A stretch of DNA of 64,000 nt, from assembly GCF_009914755.1 (NCBI RefSeq), contig NC_060944.1; one strand, written 5' to 3'. The notes below the pieces were generated by a model. It was given only the letters and a program-made list of their open reading frames with translations, was not told where the DNA came from and did not search any database. Shown in pieces: positions 1-13,600 of the stretch (position 1 is the stretch's first letter; each line of letters starts with the position of its first letter). Position numbers and translations under genes: made by a program. The stretch comes from the human T2T-CHM13v2.0 reference genome, Homo sapiens.

Positions 1-411
1 TTGTCACCATACTAAGAGGCACAATCAATTCAACAGAAGCTCTTTGGGAAAATATACCAATATCTTAATCAATTTAAATACATCCTGGTTTTCAGAAACT
101 TTGATAAGCAAAGATACAGGGCATTAGGCCTGACACACATAACTGTAAAACCCCTATGTGTCTTCCTCCTGCCCTCATGTGAGACTCTCCAATTAGCAAT
201 GCTGTTGACTGGCCTGCTCCAAACCTATCCTTCAGGCTTGAGAAGCAGTTCAGGATCAAGTGTAAGAGGGAAGTCTCCAGGAACTGGATCTCCAAATCCA
301 ATGATGCTTAACTGGGTATGTGGTCTTGGGCCAACTACCGCTCTCTGCTCATTTATCTGCTCTGTAAAATAGGGGTGATAATAACTGCCCCACCTGAAAT
401 GGCTGTCATGA

Positions 412-737
<326 letters not shown>

Positions 738-2514
738 CCAAAAGAGGACAAAGGGTGCTTGGCACATAGTAAGCCTTTGACAAATGTTCACTACTGGGAT
801 GATTATTACAATGGCTAACATAGCTGTAATCAGATAGTAGACACACCTCCACACCCCAGCCCAGGCACAAAGGGCCAGAGGCTGACTCCAGCAACTGTGT
901 TGATGCAGCCTGGTCTACCCTCTAGACCCAACTGATTCATGAGTGAACATGTGATTCAAACTGCTTAAGAGCCTCCCCCCAACAATTGTAGTTGAATGTA
1001 GTAGTTCAAACATATGACTAAGAACCCCAATTTCTTCTGTCTTCTTTGCTCCATCATTGTCTGCATGTTGACTTAATTCTTAGGCCTCTTGTCCCACAGT
1101 CACAAGATGGCTGCTGTGGTTCCAAGCAACATGTCTTCACAAAACCACATTCAAGGCAAGACAATGGGGACGAGAACAGAGAGTTCCGTTTGCTCAGCAG
1201 CCATTTAATAGAAAGCAAAATATTTTTCAGAACCACCTCTCAGCTTCTCCCCTAATCATCTCCTCCAACCAACGGGCTTAAGGAGGCACCCAGACCCTAT
1301 CACGTTAGTCTCCCACGGGAATAAGCAGAAGGAATATAGGTGCCCAGAACCCTTTACTAGAAAACATTTGATCAGGCTCCCAGTGTAAGCATGAGGTTCC
1401 ACCATTCCACCAGGGCAGGCAGGCGTTTCTTTCAAGCAGCTCTCCACCCTTGGCTAACAAACACTGACACAGATTCTTAAAATGCTTTGAGTCTCTTGCT
1501 CTGTTCATCCTCCACTCAGGGGAAACAGGAGCCGCCTGTCCCACAAGCAGAACTCAAACCAAGCTCCACCCCAGCCTCTGCTTCCTCCCAGGGGACAATA
1601 ATTCCTGACCTCCTCGGGTCATTTTCAAGAAATTTTGCCCCTATCTCAGGAGATCAGGAGGGTTATGTTAATAAAACAAAGCTTGTTTTCAGCAAACAAC
1701 TGGCTGTTGGCTAGAGTTCTATATAGTCCTCAAAGTTAGAGCTAATGTACCTACCTGTAGGTAGGTTTGAGTTTAAAGAATAACTAAAATCTTTCTATGA
1801 GCTACAGAGGGTCTGGTTAAATTAATGTCAATGTGCAACCAACCTTCTGTATATATTCACAGTGGAACACTATCATCTGGAGGCTTTGGAAGCTTGCTTA
1901 GGGCCTCTATTTATATGTGCATACAGTGGAACCACATCACATGTACAAATAACTTTTGTAAATCTAACTGTATACAACACAGGAAACAACGACAAAGAGG
2001 GAGAGAGAAACCATTTCAATCATTTGAATGTGGCCACCCAACAACCACTGCCAACCCACTTTTCCCTCCCCTGCCTCCCACTGTGCTGGCCAGATGCCAG
2101 CTGCATACATTCACACCCTCCCTCGAAGTAACAAGACAGGGGCTTACACACAGTTTAGCCCAAGAGACAAGGAGAAGTCTTCCAAGGAACTTCTAGGAAA
2201 CCAAGAGGTAGGCAGGCAGGCAAGGAGAGCTCTTTGTGCCATTCCCCATCCTCCTGCCTTGAATGTGAGATTGCATGAGGATGAACTGGCTGGGGCGGCA
2301 GCAGCCATTTTGTAAGCATGAGGTAAGAGACATGAGGAATTTGAGGATGGTGGTAGGGGGAGGTGGGAAGCTCATGGATGCTTGGACAGTATCACTGAGC
2401 TGCCCCTGCAAACGTGAACTCATCTCCCTGAAGACTTGCTATTAGGGGAGATAATGACATGTTTTTGTGCTGAAGCCATGCTAGGCAGGTGTTCTGTGAA
2501 CTGCAGCTGAATGA

Positions 2515-2840
<326 letters not shown>

Positions 2841-2982
2841 GACTGCTGAACGAGTTCTAAATGAAACACCATTCCTCTCCACAGAAGCAGGTAGTGGCCA
2901 TTAGGATGTGTATCTCTTATAGTATCTGCTGTCCCAGAGGGTGTTATAGGTCCTTAAGTGTAAGTATAACACCCAGAGGGTC

Positions 2983-3072
2983 CTTAAGTGTAGGACCTGT
3001 ATCATACCAAACTTCTTACCTTCTAGTGTTTGAAGGCAAGTGTTTTGGTATGATACAGGTCCTACACTCAAG
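2983..3072. repeat. Inverted repeat / hairpin with 25-bp perfect arms
   Basis: 2987-3011 AGTGTAGGACCTGTATCATACCAAA is the exact reverse complement of 3044-3068. Confidence 0.9.
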
Positions 3073-3888
3073 CAGATTATTTCATCCCATGTGCAACGGA
3101 AGAAGCAGTGATCTGCTGCAACACTGGGAGAGAAACTGGGAGAAGGAACTCAGCCATATGGAGATACTGCATAACGAAACAGCTTCCCATGGAAATTCAA
3201 AGGTAATTCCCACTCTGCCCAATGTCTGTCCTACCTGCTGTCTTTAGCCTACCCCTGATGCAGGGGTGACTGCATCGCACTTTTTCAAATGTCCCGGATT
3301 CTTTTCAAAATCTATGATGGGAGTTGAGTAAATAAGATACATATAATGTTTGAAATGTGAAGGTACTCAGGGAAGTGTATAGTCTTGGATATGAGGGCTG
3401 TATTTAGTCACAAACTTCCAGGCATCTCCAATGAATTACAGCTGCTGAACTAAAACATCATCAGGCCATTGTCATGTTCTCCATTGATATTGGTCTACTG
3501 TCATGTTCACGGATGAGCCTAGAAGAGGCTCTGCAGCGAGACTGGACCCCCAAGGCAGCCAGGAGCAGCCCTGTTTACTGAGAGTTCCCTGCAGGTGAGG
3601 ACTGAGCCCCTTCCTGCCATGATCTCACTCAATCCTAGTGTCCTGAGCCTTGAGCCACCCACCAGAGAGGGAAACTGAGGCCCAGAGCACTCCAACCCCT
3701 TCAGTAACTTGCCTGAGGACACACACCAGTGACCTGGACCCAAAGACAGACAGACTTGCCATCCCCAAAGCTCGGCGAGTAATTTGTCATTCCTGACCCT
3801 ATTTTCACATACATAAAAATAAATGTTGAAATCATGCTATTTAATGAACATCTGGCATGGGCTGGTCCTCACTTAAAATGAAGAAATG

Positions 3889-4296
3889 GGCCAGGTGCAG
3901 TAACTCACACCTATAATCCCAGCACTTTGGGAGGCTGAGGCAGGAGGACTGCTTGAGCCCAGGAGTTCAAGACCAGTCTAGGCAACATGGTGAAACCCAA
4001 TTTCTACAAAAATATATATAGAGTATATTTTTATATAAATATATTATTTTAATATAAATATATTTATATAATATATAATATATATCTATATTAAATATAG
4101 ATATATATACACACACAAAAAATTAGCCAGGCATGGTGATACATGCCTGTAGTTCCAGCTGCTCAGGAGGCTGAGGTGGGAGGGTCACTTGAGCCCAGGT
4201 GGTAGAGGCTGCAGTGAGCCAAGATGGTACCACTACACTCCAGCCTGGATGACAGAACCTGTCACCCTGACTCTGACTCAAAAAAAAAAAAAAAAA
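3889..4296 (+). mobile_element. AluJ-like with (TA)-rich expansion in the central linker
   Basis: Left and right arms separated by ~110 bp of AT-rich sequence (4011-4118). Confidence 0.9.
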
Positions 4297-5275
4297 GGAG
4301 AAATTCATTTGCCCATATCAAAAAGTGAGGGAAACACAGAAATGCCACCCCACTAAGTCTGACATGAATGGTGTTCAGAGAAATAAAAGAAAAATATATA
4401 ACTTTACTGTGAAAGTTTTATTGATGTGCTTTTTTTGGAGTAGGCCAGCCCACAGTCAACTGTCTAAACCCAGCAGGTTGCCTGTGCCCCCAGCCGGCAA
4501 GGGTGGGCAGATCTGGGTGTCTCCTTAAAACTCTGCACCAATAAACACAGATCTTAATCAGCAGGAGGCAATTTTCTAGTATAACAGGATTCGTCAAAAT
4601 ACACCCAGTTTCCTGTTTTGCCTGTGTCCAGTCGACACCGACAAGCCTCCCATTTCAGCTGAGGTATCATCGCAAAGAGAAGGCCAGCTGCCCTGATCCA
4701 AGTCCTGTGGAGACACGGCTTGGGGGCCACCGTGCCCACTGCCTGCTCTGGACCCCAGCACAAACCAGCAGCACATCCCACCACGGTGGGTAACAGAGCA
4801 GCTGAGCTCAGGGCACAGGCAGGTCCCGTGCACGGTGGGTTCCTGATTGGCTATGGTGTAGCAAATGACAGCATCACTGCCTACCACTGACATCCCCAGG
4901 CACCAGCTGCAGGCGGCCCGAGGTCAGCCCTCTTCCTGTCTCCCCACATGGGATCTTCACAGCAGCCCAGGAGACAGGCACCCACATTAACCCCAGAGTA
5001 GGAAACAGGAGACCCAGGGTTTAACAACCTGCCTGAGTCGGGGAGGTGGGGGCAGAGCGGTGGGGGCTCTGCAGTCTGACGGTCTGACTCAGACCCAAAC
5101 TCTTAACTACCATCTGAGACATTTTAGAATTTTTTCAAAAACACAGGAGAACAGGGTGCTGGGACCAAGCAAACGCAGGAAAAGCCTCCCTGTGTTCGAC
5201 ATCACCCTTGTGGGGACTCAGAGCACATGCCTCATGTTAAAGATGCAGAGGAGTCTTCCGAGGGGACATCTTTTA

Positions 5276-6065
<790 letters not shown>

Positions 6066-6576
6066 GGGTCTGAAGCAAGCAGGTCTCCCTGCTCCAAGCA
6101 GCATTTAAGCTACAGGGAGACACGGGAAAATATAGCTTCTGTGCTCACCTTCCCTCTCCCACCCCAGAGTAAGTTACCTGCCAAGAGAGGGGAACAAGGT
6201 AAGAGAGAGATCTGCCCTATTCTTCCTGAGGAACGTCCGAAGATAAAAATAAAAGAGGGGCCAGTCCTCGATGTGTGTTTAATAAACTTTTAGCATCATC
6301 GAGCAAAAGGTGCAGTCAAGTATTTTGGTTCCCAGGAGACAATGCTTGCTCGTTAGAGACTTGAGCTCCATTTCAGTCTCCAGGGTGTTTCAAAGCCAGG
6401 TAGAGCTGTGTTCCCAGGAGAAGCCTCGAGTTTTGATTGCAATCTGTGCTTCTTTCAGCCAGAAAATAACCCGTCCATCTAGAAATGCTGTTTTTCCCAC
6501 TCACCACTGTGGGTCAGTGCGTTTGAGGCTAAGGCTCCCAGATGAATTCCCAAGGTTGAGGCAAGTTACTCTAAAC

Positions 6577-6762
6577 CAGTGGTTCTCAACTGGGGGCAAC
6601 TTTGCCCCCCAGGGTACAGTTAGCAATGTCTGGAGATACACTTGGTTGTCAGATCCTGGGGGAAGGGCTAGGAATGCTGCCAAACATCCTATAATACACA
6701 GGACAGCTCCCAGCAGAGAACGATCTGGTTAAACATACCAATAGTGCCCAGGCTGAGAAACT
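6577..6762 (+). mobile_element. MER20 (hAT-Charlie)
   Basis: CAGTGGTTCTCAACTGGGGGCAACTTTGCCCCCCAGG...GCTGAGAAACTG. Confidence 0.8.
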
Positions 6763-7489
6763 GCACACTAAACGTACTAAAAAGGGCACTTCCAAGCTCC
6801 AGAGGCGCAGAGATTTCTGGGTCCCCCACCCCCTTCCATCCCCACTTCCCACCAGTATATTAAGATAATTAGGAGCTCAGGGCCTGAGTAGGCATAAGGC
6901 AAGTAGCTTCATTTATTGTTTCCTCCTAAAGGAAATGACCAACCAGTGCCTCCATCCCATAAACATTTACTAGCCTGGAAGGTTCTGAGGCCCTGCTGCC
7001 ATTTTTAAGGGCTTCTCTCTCAAGAAATGTTAGGTCAAGTCAGTCAAAAACTGAAACTTGAGAAGTGGGAAGATTGGGGAATGGAGTAGGGGGCATTTTA
7101 CAAAATTCAGGACCAAGAAGAAAATCGAAAGATCTTTTAGATCTCCTCCCACCCTACCCCCTCTTTCTTGACCATAAACTAACAGCTGCTTTATATCGGG
7201 CACCTTATGAATGAGGAAAAGAGAGTTTTAAAGTTCTCAGGGCACTGTCCTGTGGGTTTTTCTTTTACTTGCTGAGTCCCTGTCGTGTTAATGGGTCCGT
7301 AGATTGATTCGTTATTGGCCTTCAGGGCATCATACTGAACAGGCTCTAGGACTGGCTCTCCTGCCCCCAGCCTTGGAAATGGCAGGACCACCACAAAGAG
7401 CAGCTGGTGGATGAGCTCATGGACATCCATGCACCCATAACAGAGAAATGATGAGAGGTAGCATCATAGTTGCTTCCTTTAAAAAAAAA

Positions 7490-7740
7490 AAATAAACTTT
7501 TTATTTTAGAATAACTTTATAAGAACATTGCAAAGCTAGTACAGAGAATACTTGAGTACCCTTCACCCAGTCCTCCCAGGGTGAACATCTTCCACAACCA
7601 CAGGGCATTTGACAAAACCGAGACGTTCACATTGCTGTGTAACTGTCAACTCGACTCCAGATTTGTTTCAGACTGTACCAGTGTTTCCACAGATGTCCTT
7701 GTTCTGGCCTAAGATCCAGTCCAGGATACCACATTGTATT
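7490..7740 (-). mobile_element. Old L1M (L1MC-like) 3' fragment
   Basis: TTTATTTTAGAATAACTTT...TTGCAAAG..AGTACAGAGA...CCCTTCACCCAG; similar fragments at ~12270-12390 and ~45545-45660. Confidence 0.55.
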
Positions 7741-7758
7741 TTCTTTTGGTTTCTTTCC

Positions 7759-8080
<322 letters not shown>

Positions 8081-9255
8081 TAAAAGACAGAAAACTTGAC
8101 AGAAATAGGTGAGATTTATTTGAAACTCTCATCAAAACTATCCTTTCCCTCCTCCCCACGGGCAGCTCTCACCCTGAAGGTAGGGAGTCCTTCCTGCCCA
8201 TGTGTCCATGGTATTACTGCAATGTGTATGAACCCACAAACAATACATTTATGAGTTGGTCCCCTTGTGTGGGAGGTTGGGGGCGGGGGTGCCTATGTGT
8301 GTAATTAACAAATGGTTACATCCTAAACATCCTTCTGCTACTTGCTTTCTCCTTCTGACATTGTTTCCAGTCTACATTGATACAGTAAAAAAAAAAAACA
8401 AAAAACAAAAACAAAAAGAAGTCCCTGCGCTGGGGCGACTATTCCATATCCCCTCCCAGAGCTACACCTGCTTCTCTCTCGAATCCCCTGTTCATGCACA
8501 TTTTGATTTTGGGGAGTTTACAATACTACAGACCGTACACAAAGGCATGCTGGGACATACGGAAAAAAACTGTTTCTGTGGTCTTTTTTATACAGCATCT
8601 TGAGGAATTGCTATTAAAATACCAATCTCTGGCTGGCTATGGAATTTCCCCATGGAGGGGTTATGGGGTACATGTAGGTGCCCCCCACAGGCACTCAGGG
8701 CCCTATGCCCTGACAATTATTTTTAAACCATAAAGACCGAGGAGAGGGGAGGTATCACAAGCAGGGTGGATAACAGAAGGGAAAGGTGTGTGCCTGCTTA
8801 TCTCTATGTCACTTATCAGAACACGGGACCACAGAGTCAAGGCCATGGGCTCGGCTTCTGTTTTAATGGTCTCAACATCATCTCCTCCACGCTCCCCGCT
8901 ACCTATTCGATACCCCACAGGTTCAGGAGGAAAGAATGGGCAGCTCTGCACCCAGCAAGAGCTGGACAGACACATCTGCCCCACACTTCCTAGCTGTGCA
9001 TGTTTGGGCCCCTTCAGCATCCTCCTCTCTAAAATGGAAATGACACTGCTTACCCTGCAGAATACTGAGAGAACTGCATGAGGGCCCCATAAAGATGGCT
9101 ACTCTGAATCCATTGCTGCTACACAGAAAGGTCTTAGCCCTCTGAGGTCTACAATCCATTTCAGTGATGCATTTAGATGATGAAGGGGTCTCTGAATTTA
9201 ATGTCTAGATTCAGCCTATGCAAGATCCTGCCTGGACTAAGAAATGTCTCTAAGG

Positions 9256-9573
9256 GGCCAGTTGCAGTGGCTCACGCCTGTAATCTTAACACCTTGGGAG
9301 GCTGAGGCAGGTGGATCACTTGAGGTCAGAAGTTTAAGACCAGCCTGGCCAACATGGTGAAACACCGTCTCTACTAAAAATACAAAAATTAGCCGGGCGT
9401 GGTTGTGGGAGCCTGTAATCCCTGCTACTCAGGAGGCTGAGGCAGGAGAATTGCTTGAAGCCCAGAGGTGGAGGTTGCAGTGAGCGGAGATCATGCCACT
9501 ACACTCCAGCCTGGGGGATAGCGAGAGACTCCATCTCAAAAAAAAAAAAAAAAAAAAAAAGAAAGAAAGAAAA
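9256..9573 (+). mobile_element. Alu (S-type)
   Basis: Full dimer; TSD AATGTCTCTAAGG. Confidence 0.95.
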
Positions 9574-10321
9574 AGGAATGTCTCTAAGGCCCAGGAGAGA
9601 AAGCAAGCAGCTCTTCCATTGTGGACAAGATTTCATGGCGAAGTGATAACCTGTATCTTCCGGGGAAACACCAGCAGTCACCTCATTAGCCAGGAGCAGA
9701 GTAATGCTTCTTAATTCTCTAGATAGTGAACCGGACAAAAGCTGAAGCTTGCCTTTGCTGAAAGACAAGTCATAAACAGGGAAGTCACTTTACAAGTGGG
9801 AATGGAAAGAGATGTTATTGTTGTTGAACCAATTGAGTACTTCAGTGAGATGGAAGCCTCCAGAACATCAGTCTCCAAAATGGAGCGCAAGATGGGAGGA
9901 GGCAAGAGGAACCCACTGGGAGTCAGGAAAAGATATATTACAATTATAATTGTTATGCAAATTCCAACTGACAATCATGGGAGTTCACTAGCTTCAACAA
10001 AAATATCTGCATAATTGACAGGTGGGGTTGAAAAATGAAGCTCTGGTTTCAGTAACACACCCCACAACTTACTTCCCACATTTCTGTCTTTGAATCTTGT
10101 GAGAGACACTTCAATCATGATAGCTTGGTGTCATCTGTGCCATTTCCTGGACGCTCTCTGGTGCTTTGCCTTTCTGAGCAAGCAGTGGTATCGTCATCTC
10201 CTTGCCAACCTTGGGTCAGGTTTGGCCACATGGCTCACTTTGGCCCATGAAATGTGAGCAGAAGCTCTTTCAGGTGGAAGAGTAAATTTTGGGGTACATA
10301 CCCTAAATAGAAATAAGTTGT

Positions 10322-10641
<320 letters not shown>

Positions 10642-13600
10642 AGAAATAAGTTGTATAACTACTAGTTAGGATCATTTGTACTTCATAAAACAGACAAAAA
10701 TAGAAATTTTTGAAGTTAGAAAGTCACTCCCAGGTAGAAATATTAAAAGCCAACGCACAGTTCACATTATCTTTCCTTCTGGCACCTTATTCGTAACATT
10801 CTGAGGACCTCAGCCTCTCCCAGGGACTCTGCTGCCACCAATGTGCAGAACTCCACGCCTCCACCCTGAACCCACGATAGAGCTATAATGTGATACAAAT
10901 GAAAAACAAACTTCTGGGATTTTTAACGCACCAAGATTGTGAGTTTCTTCACACACAATAACTTCATTTATACTGACCAGATGAAGGGTCATCGAAATTT
11001 GGGACCAGGCCTTTAGATCAGTGATTCTAAACTGTTAAATCATGATTTTGAAAACACCAAAGAACAGTCCATTGCACCGCAAATTTTCGTGACTGCAAAC
11101 TTAATTAAATTATATTAAAATTTAATTTTAATTAAATGTATATTGTTAATTAAAATTGTGTTAACAATTAAAATTAAAATGATTCATTAGTTAAAATTTG
11201 TATTAATTAACAAACACCAAAATTTTGTATTGCTTTTAGCTTTAGTGTCTCCTACTTAAATTTCTATTTTTGTCTATGTTTTATGAAGCACAAGCTATCC
11301 TAGCTATCCTGCAGTAGTTATACAACTTATTACTATTTAAGGTATGTACCTGAAAAGGTAGTAGTGGGAATTGGAGATCAAAAGCATTTAGAAGAGACTG
11401 CTTAGAATGTCTTCATGCCATATGTGCACCAAAACAACCAATATCTGAGCACCTTCTATGCCATGAGAATTCTGCAAGGCTGTGCATGGGCAGGAGAATA
11501 AGGCTGTCTGAAAAAAAACAGGAAAAGTGTCCTTTATTGAAGGCCAAAACACAAGCCACCAAAAAAAAAAAAAAAAAAAAACTTGCCTGCCTTTGTGTGT
11601 GTAAGTTGCCAGGGGGATGAGCACTTGGACCATTATATGCCAACTGTCATGCTAAGAGCTTAGCTTTTTCTTTTTCTTCATGTAGTCCAAGCTACATGAA
11701 AGCAGAAGACAGGCTGGAAGCACAAGACAGGGCAGGCCTAAACCCAATGCTTAGAAACACACAAGTCCTCGATTTTGGAAACGGTGCAAGTTTTTATTCG
11801 TGGCCAATTTTAATTAAGCCAGGCAACAAAAGATTGAAACTTGAAAGCTACTCCAGGGAGATAAAGATGTGATAGAACACGTGACCTCAGAGATGCAGGG
11901 AAACCTAATACTTGGTGAGTCGGATTTTTCAAACAGTATAAAGAGCTGAAGGGAATTTATGGAAAGTCTTGAATGAGAAACGCCACCCCTCGGTATCTGG
12001 CCCTGAAGCCATTCTCTTTCGTCCTCTGGTCTCTAGAGGCTTCTAAACATGCTGAATCCACACAGGGCTTTGTTGTTGCAGCCTAACCCCAGCTGCGGGA
12101 GCCTTGGGCAGCCTTGCACCTGCTCCAATAAAAAGTGGGGAAGTTGTGCAGTTCTGTTAATGAATGCTTTGGGCTTGTCACTCCCTTGAAGGAAAAGACA
12201 ATTTGTACTTTGACCATCTTCCAGAAAGGATTGGGAAGAAATACTTCAATAATGCAATTTTTTAAATGAAACATTTTATTTTGAAATTAATTTTTAATTC
12301 AAAGTTGCAAAGGCACTACAGAGAGTTCCGGTATACCCTCTCACTGAGTTCCAGTTTCCCAAGTAGTAAAATCATTAAATAACCATAGATGCTAAAATTG
12401 GGGAAAAGATTCAGCCTTAGACTCTATTCATCCTCAAATAAGTTTGGTGCATTCATTCAAATTCCATTGATCTCTGAAAGAGGGAGGCGCACACATATTC
12501 ACACTCTGGGGACCATTTTCTTGACATTTAAAATAACATGGGCAGTTTAATCTCAGTATTTTAAGATTAAGTACTTAAAAACTGAAATTTGGACTAATAT
12601 ACCAACGTAAATCTTCATCTGGCCAACACAATAAAAACAAGAGCTACCATTTGTTTTACACCTACTAGGTGACAGCCTCTGCGCATGGGTGATATGATTT
12701 CTATTTCTTTAGAATCTGTTGAGGAAGAGATTCTCTTGTAGCCTTTATAAAATGAGGACACAAATGCAGAGATGTTAAGTAACTTGCCCAAGGTCACACA
12801 GCTAATGTGCTGTCATAGTGGAAACAGACACATAGGTTTAGGCTGTGTCTAAAGAGAATCACTGTGGATGCCGTTCCAATCTCCCTTGCCAAGTCACACC
12901 CACTGCTGTCACCGAGAACTTCCGTTACACGGCAGTGAAGCCCCCAATCCCCCACCCCATATATCACCCAGAATTAGCTGCAAAGTGTCAGGAGACTTGG
13001 CCAGGCAGCCCCAAGCATCAGCGAGGGCTGGAAGCCTTCACTGTGAAGCCCTTTATAGAAAGCCGCGGTTGGCAGCCCCCGCTCCTGCATGGGAACAAAT
13101 TAACATTGGCATTCCAAACACAGGAAAGGAAGGAAATTGGAAACACAGTTTATACTTGGCCAGCCCTTTGAAATACTGTACCATGCTACCGACATCAATT
13201 AATGAAAAGCAGGGTTGTGTGAGAGGCTCTGGTTTGGAAATGCATTAACACACGTTCAACATGTTTGCACAGGAACCGGATTATATGCACCCTGGCTCCA
13301 AAACAATAAAGCAATTACCCTAAAGCTGGTGCTCTCGGAGTTGTCATTAATTCAATCCACTCCACGCGGATCAGCACAGGCTTTGCGCGGCTCCCCACAA
13401 TGCCTTCCGACACAAATGTTGAAAAGGCGGTATTGCACATGCTTGCCTGAGTTTCGCATAAGTAAGTGTCAAACTTCATGCACTCTAATATCCCCCCAAA
13501 TCATAAACACTCTACTTTGGAGCGGAAAAAAATACACAGCAGCAGTCCTAGTATTCCCTGGCATTGCTATTTCAGTTTGAGTTTGAGCAATTTTTTTTTT

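Noticed and set aside
11095-11230. Very AT-rich TTAATTAA-rich tract
   Set aside because: Low-complexity interior of a probable old hAT-type element (CAGTGATTCTAAAC ... TTTAGAAGAGACTG ends); no regular repeat unit.
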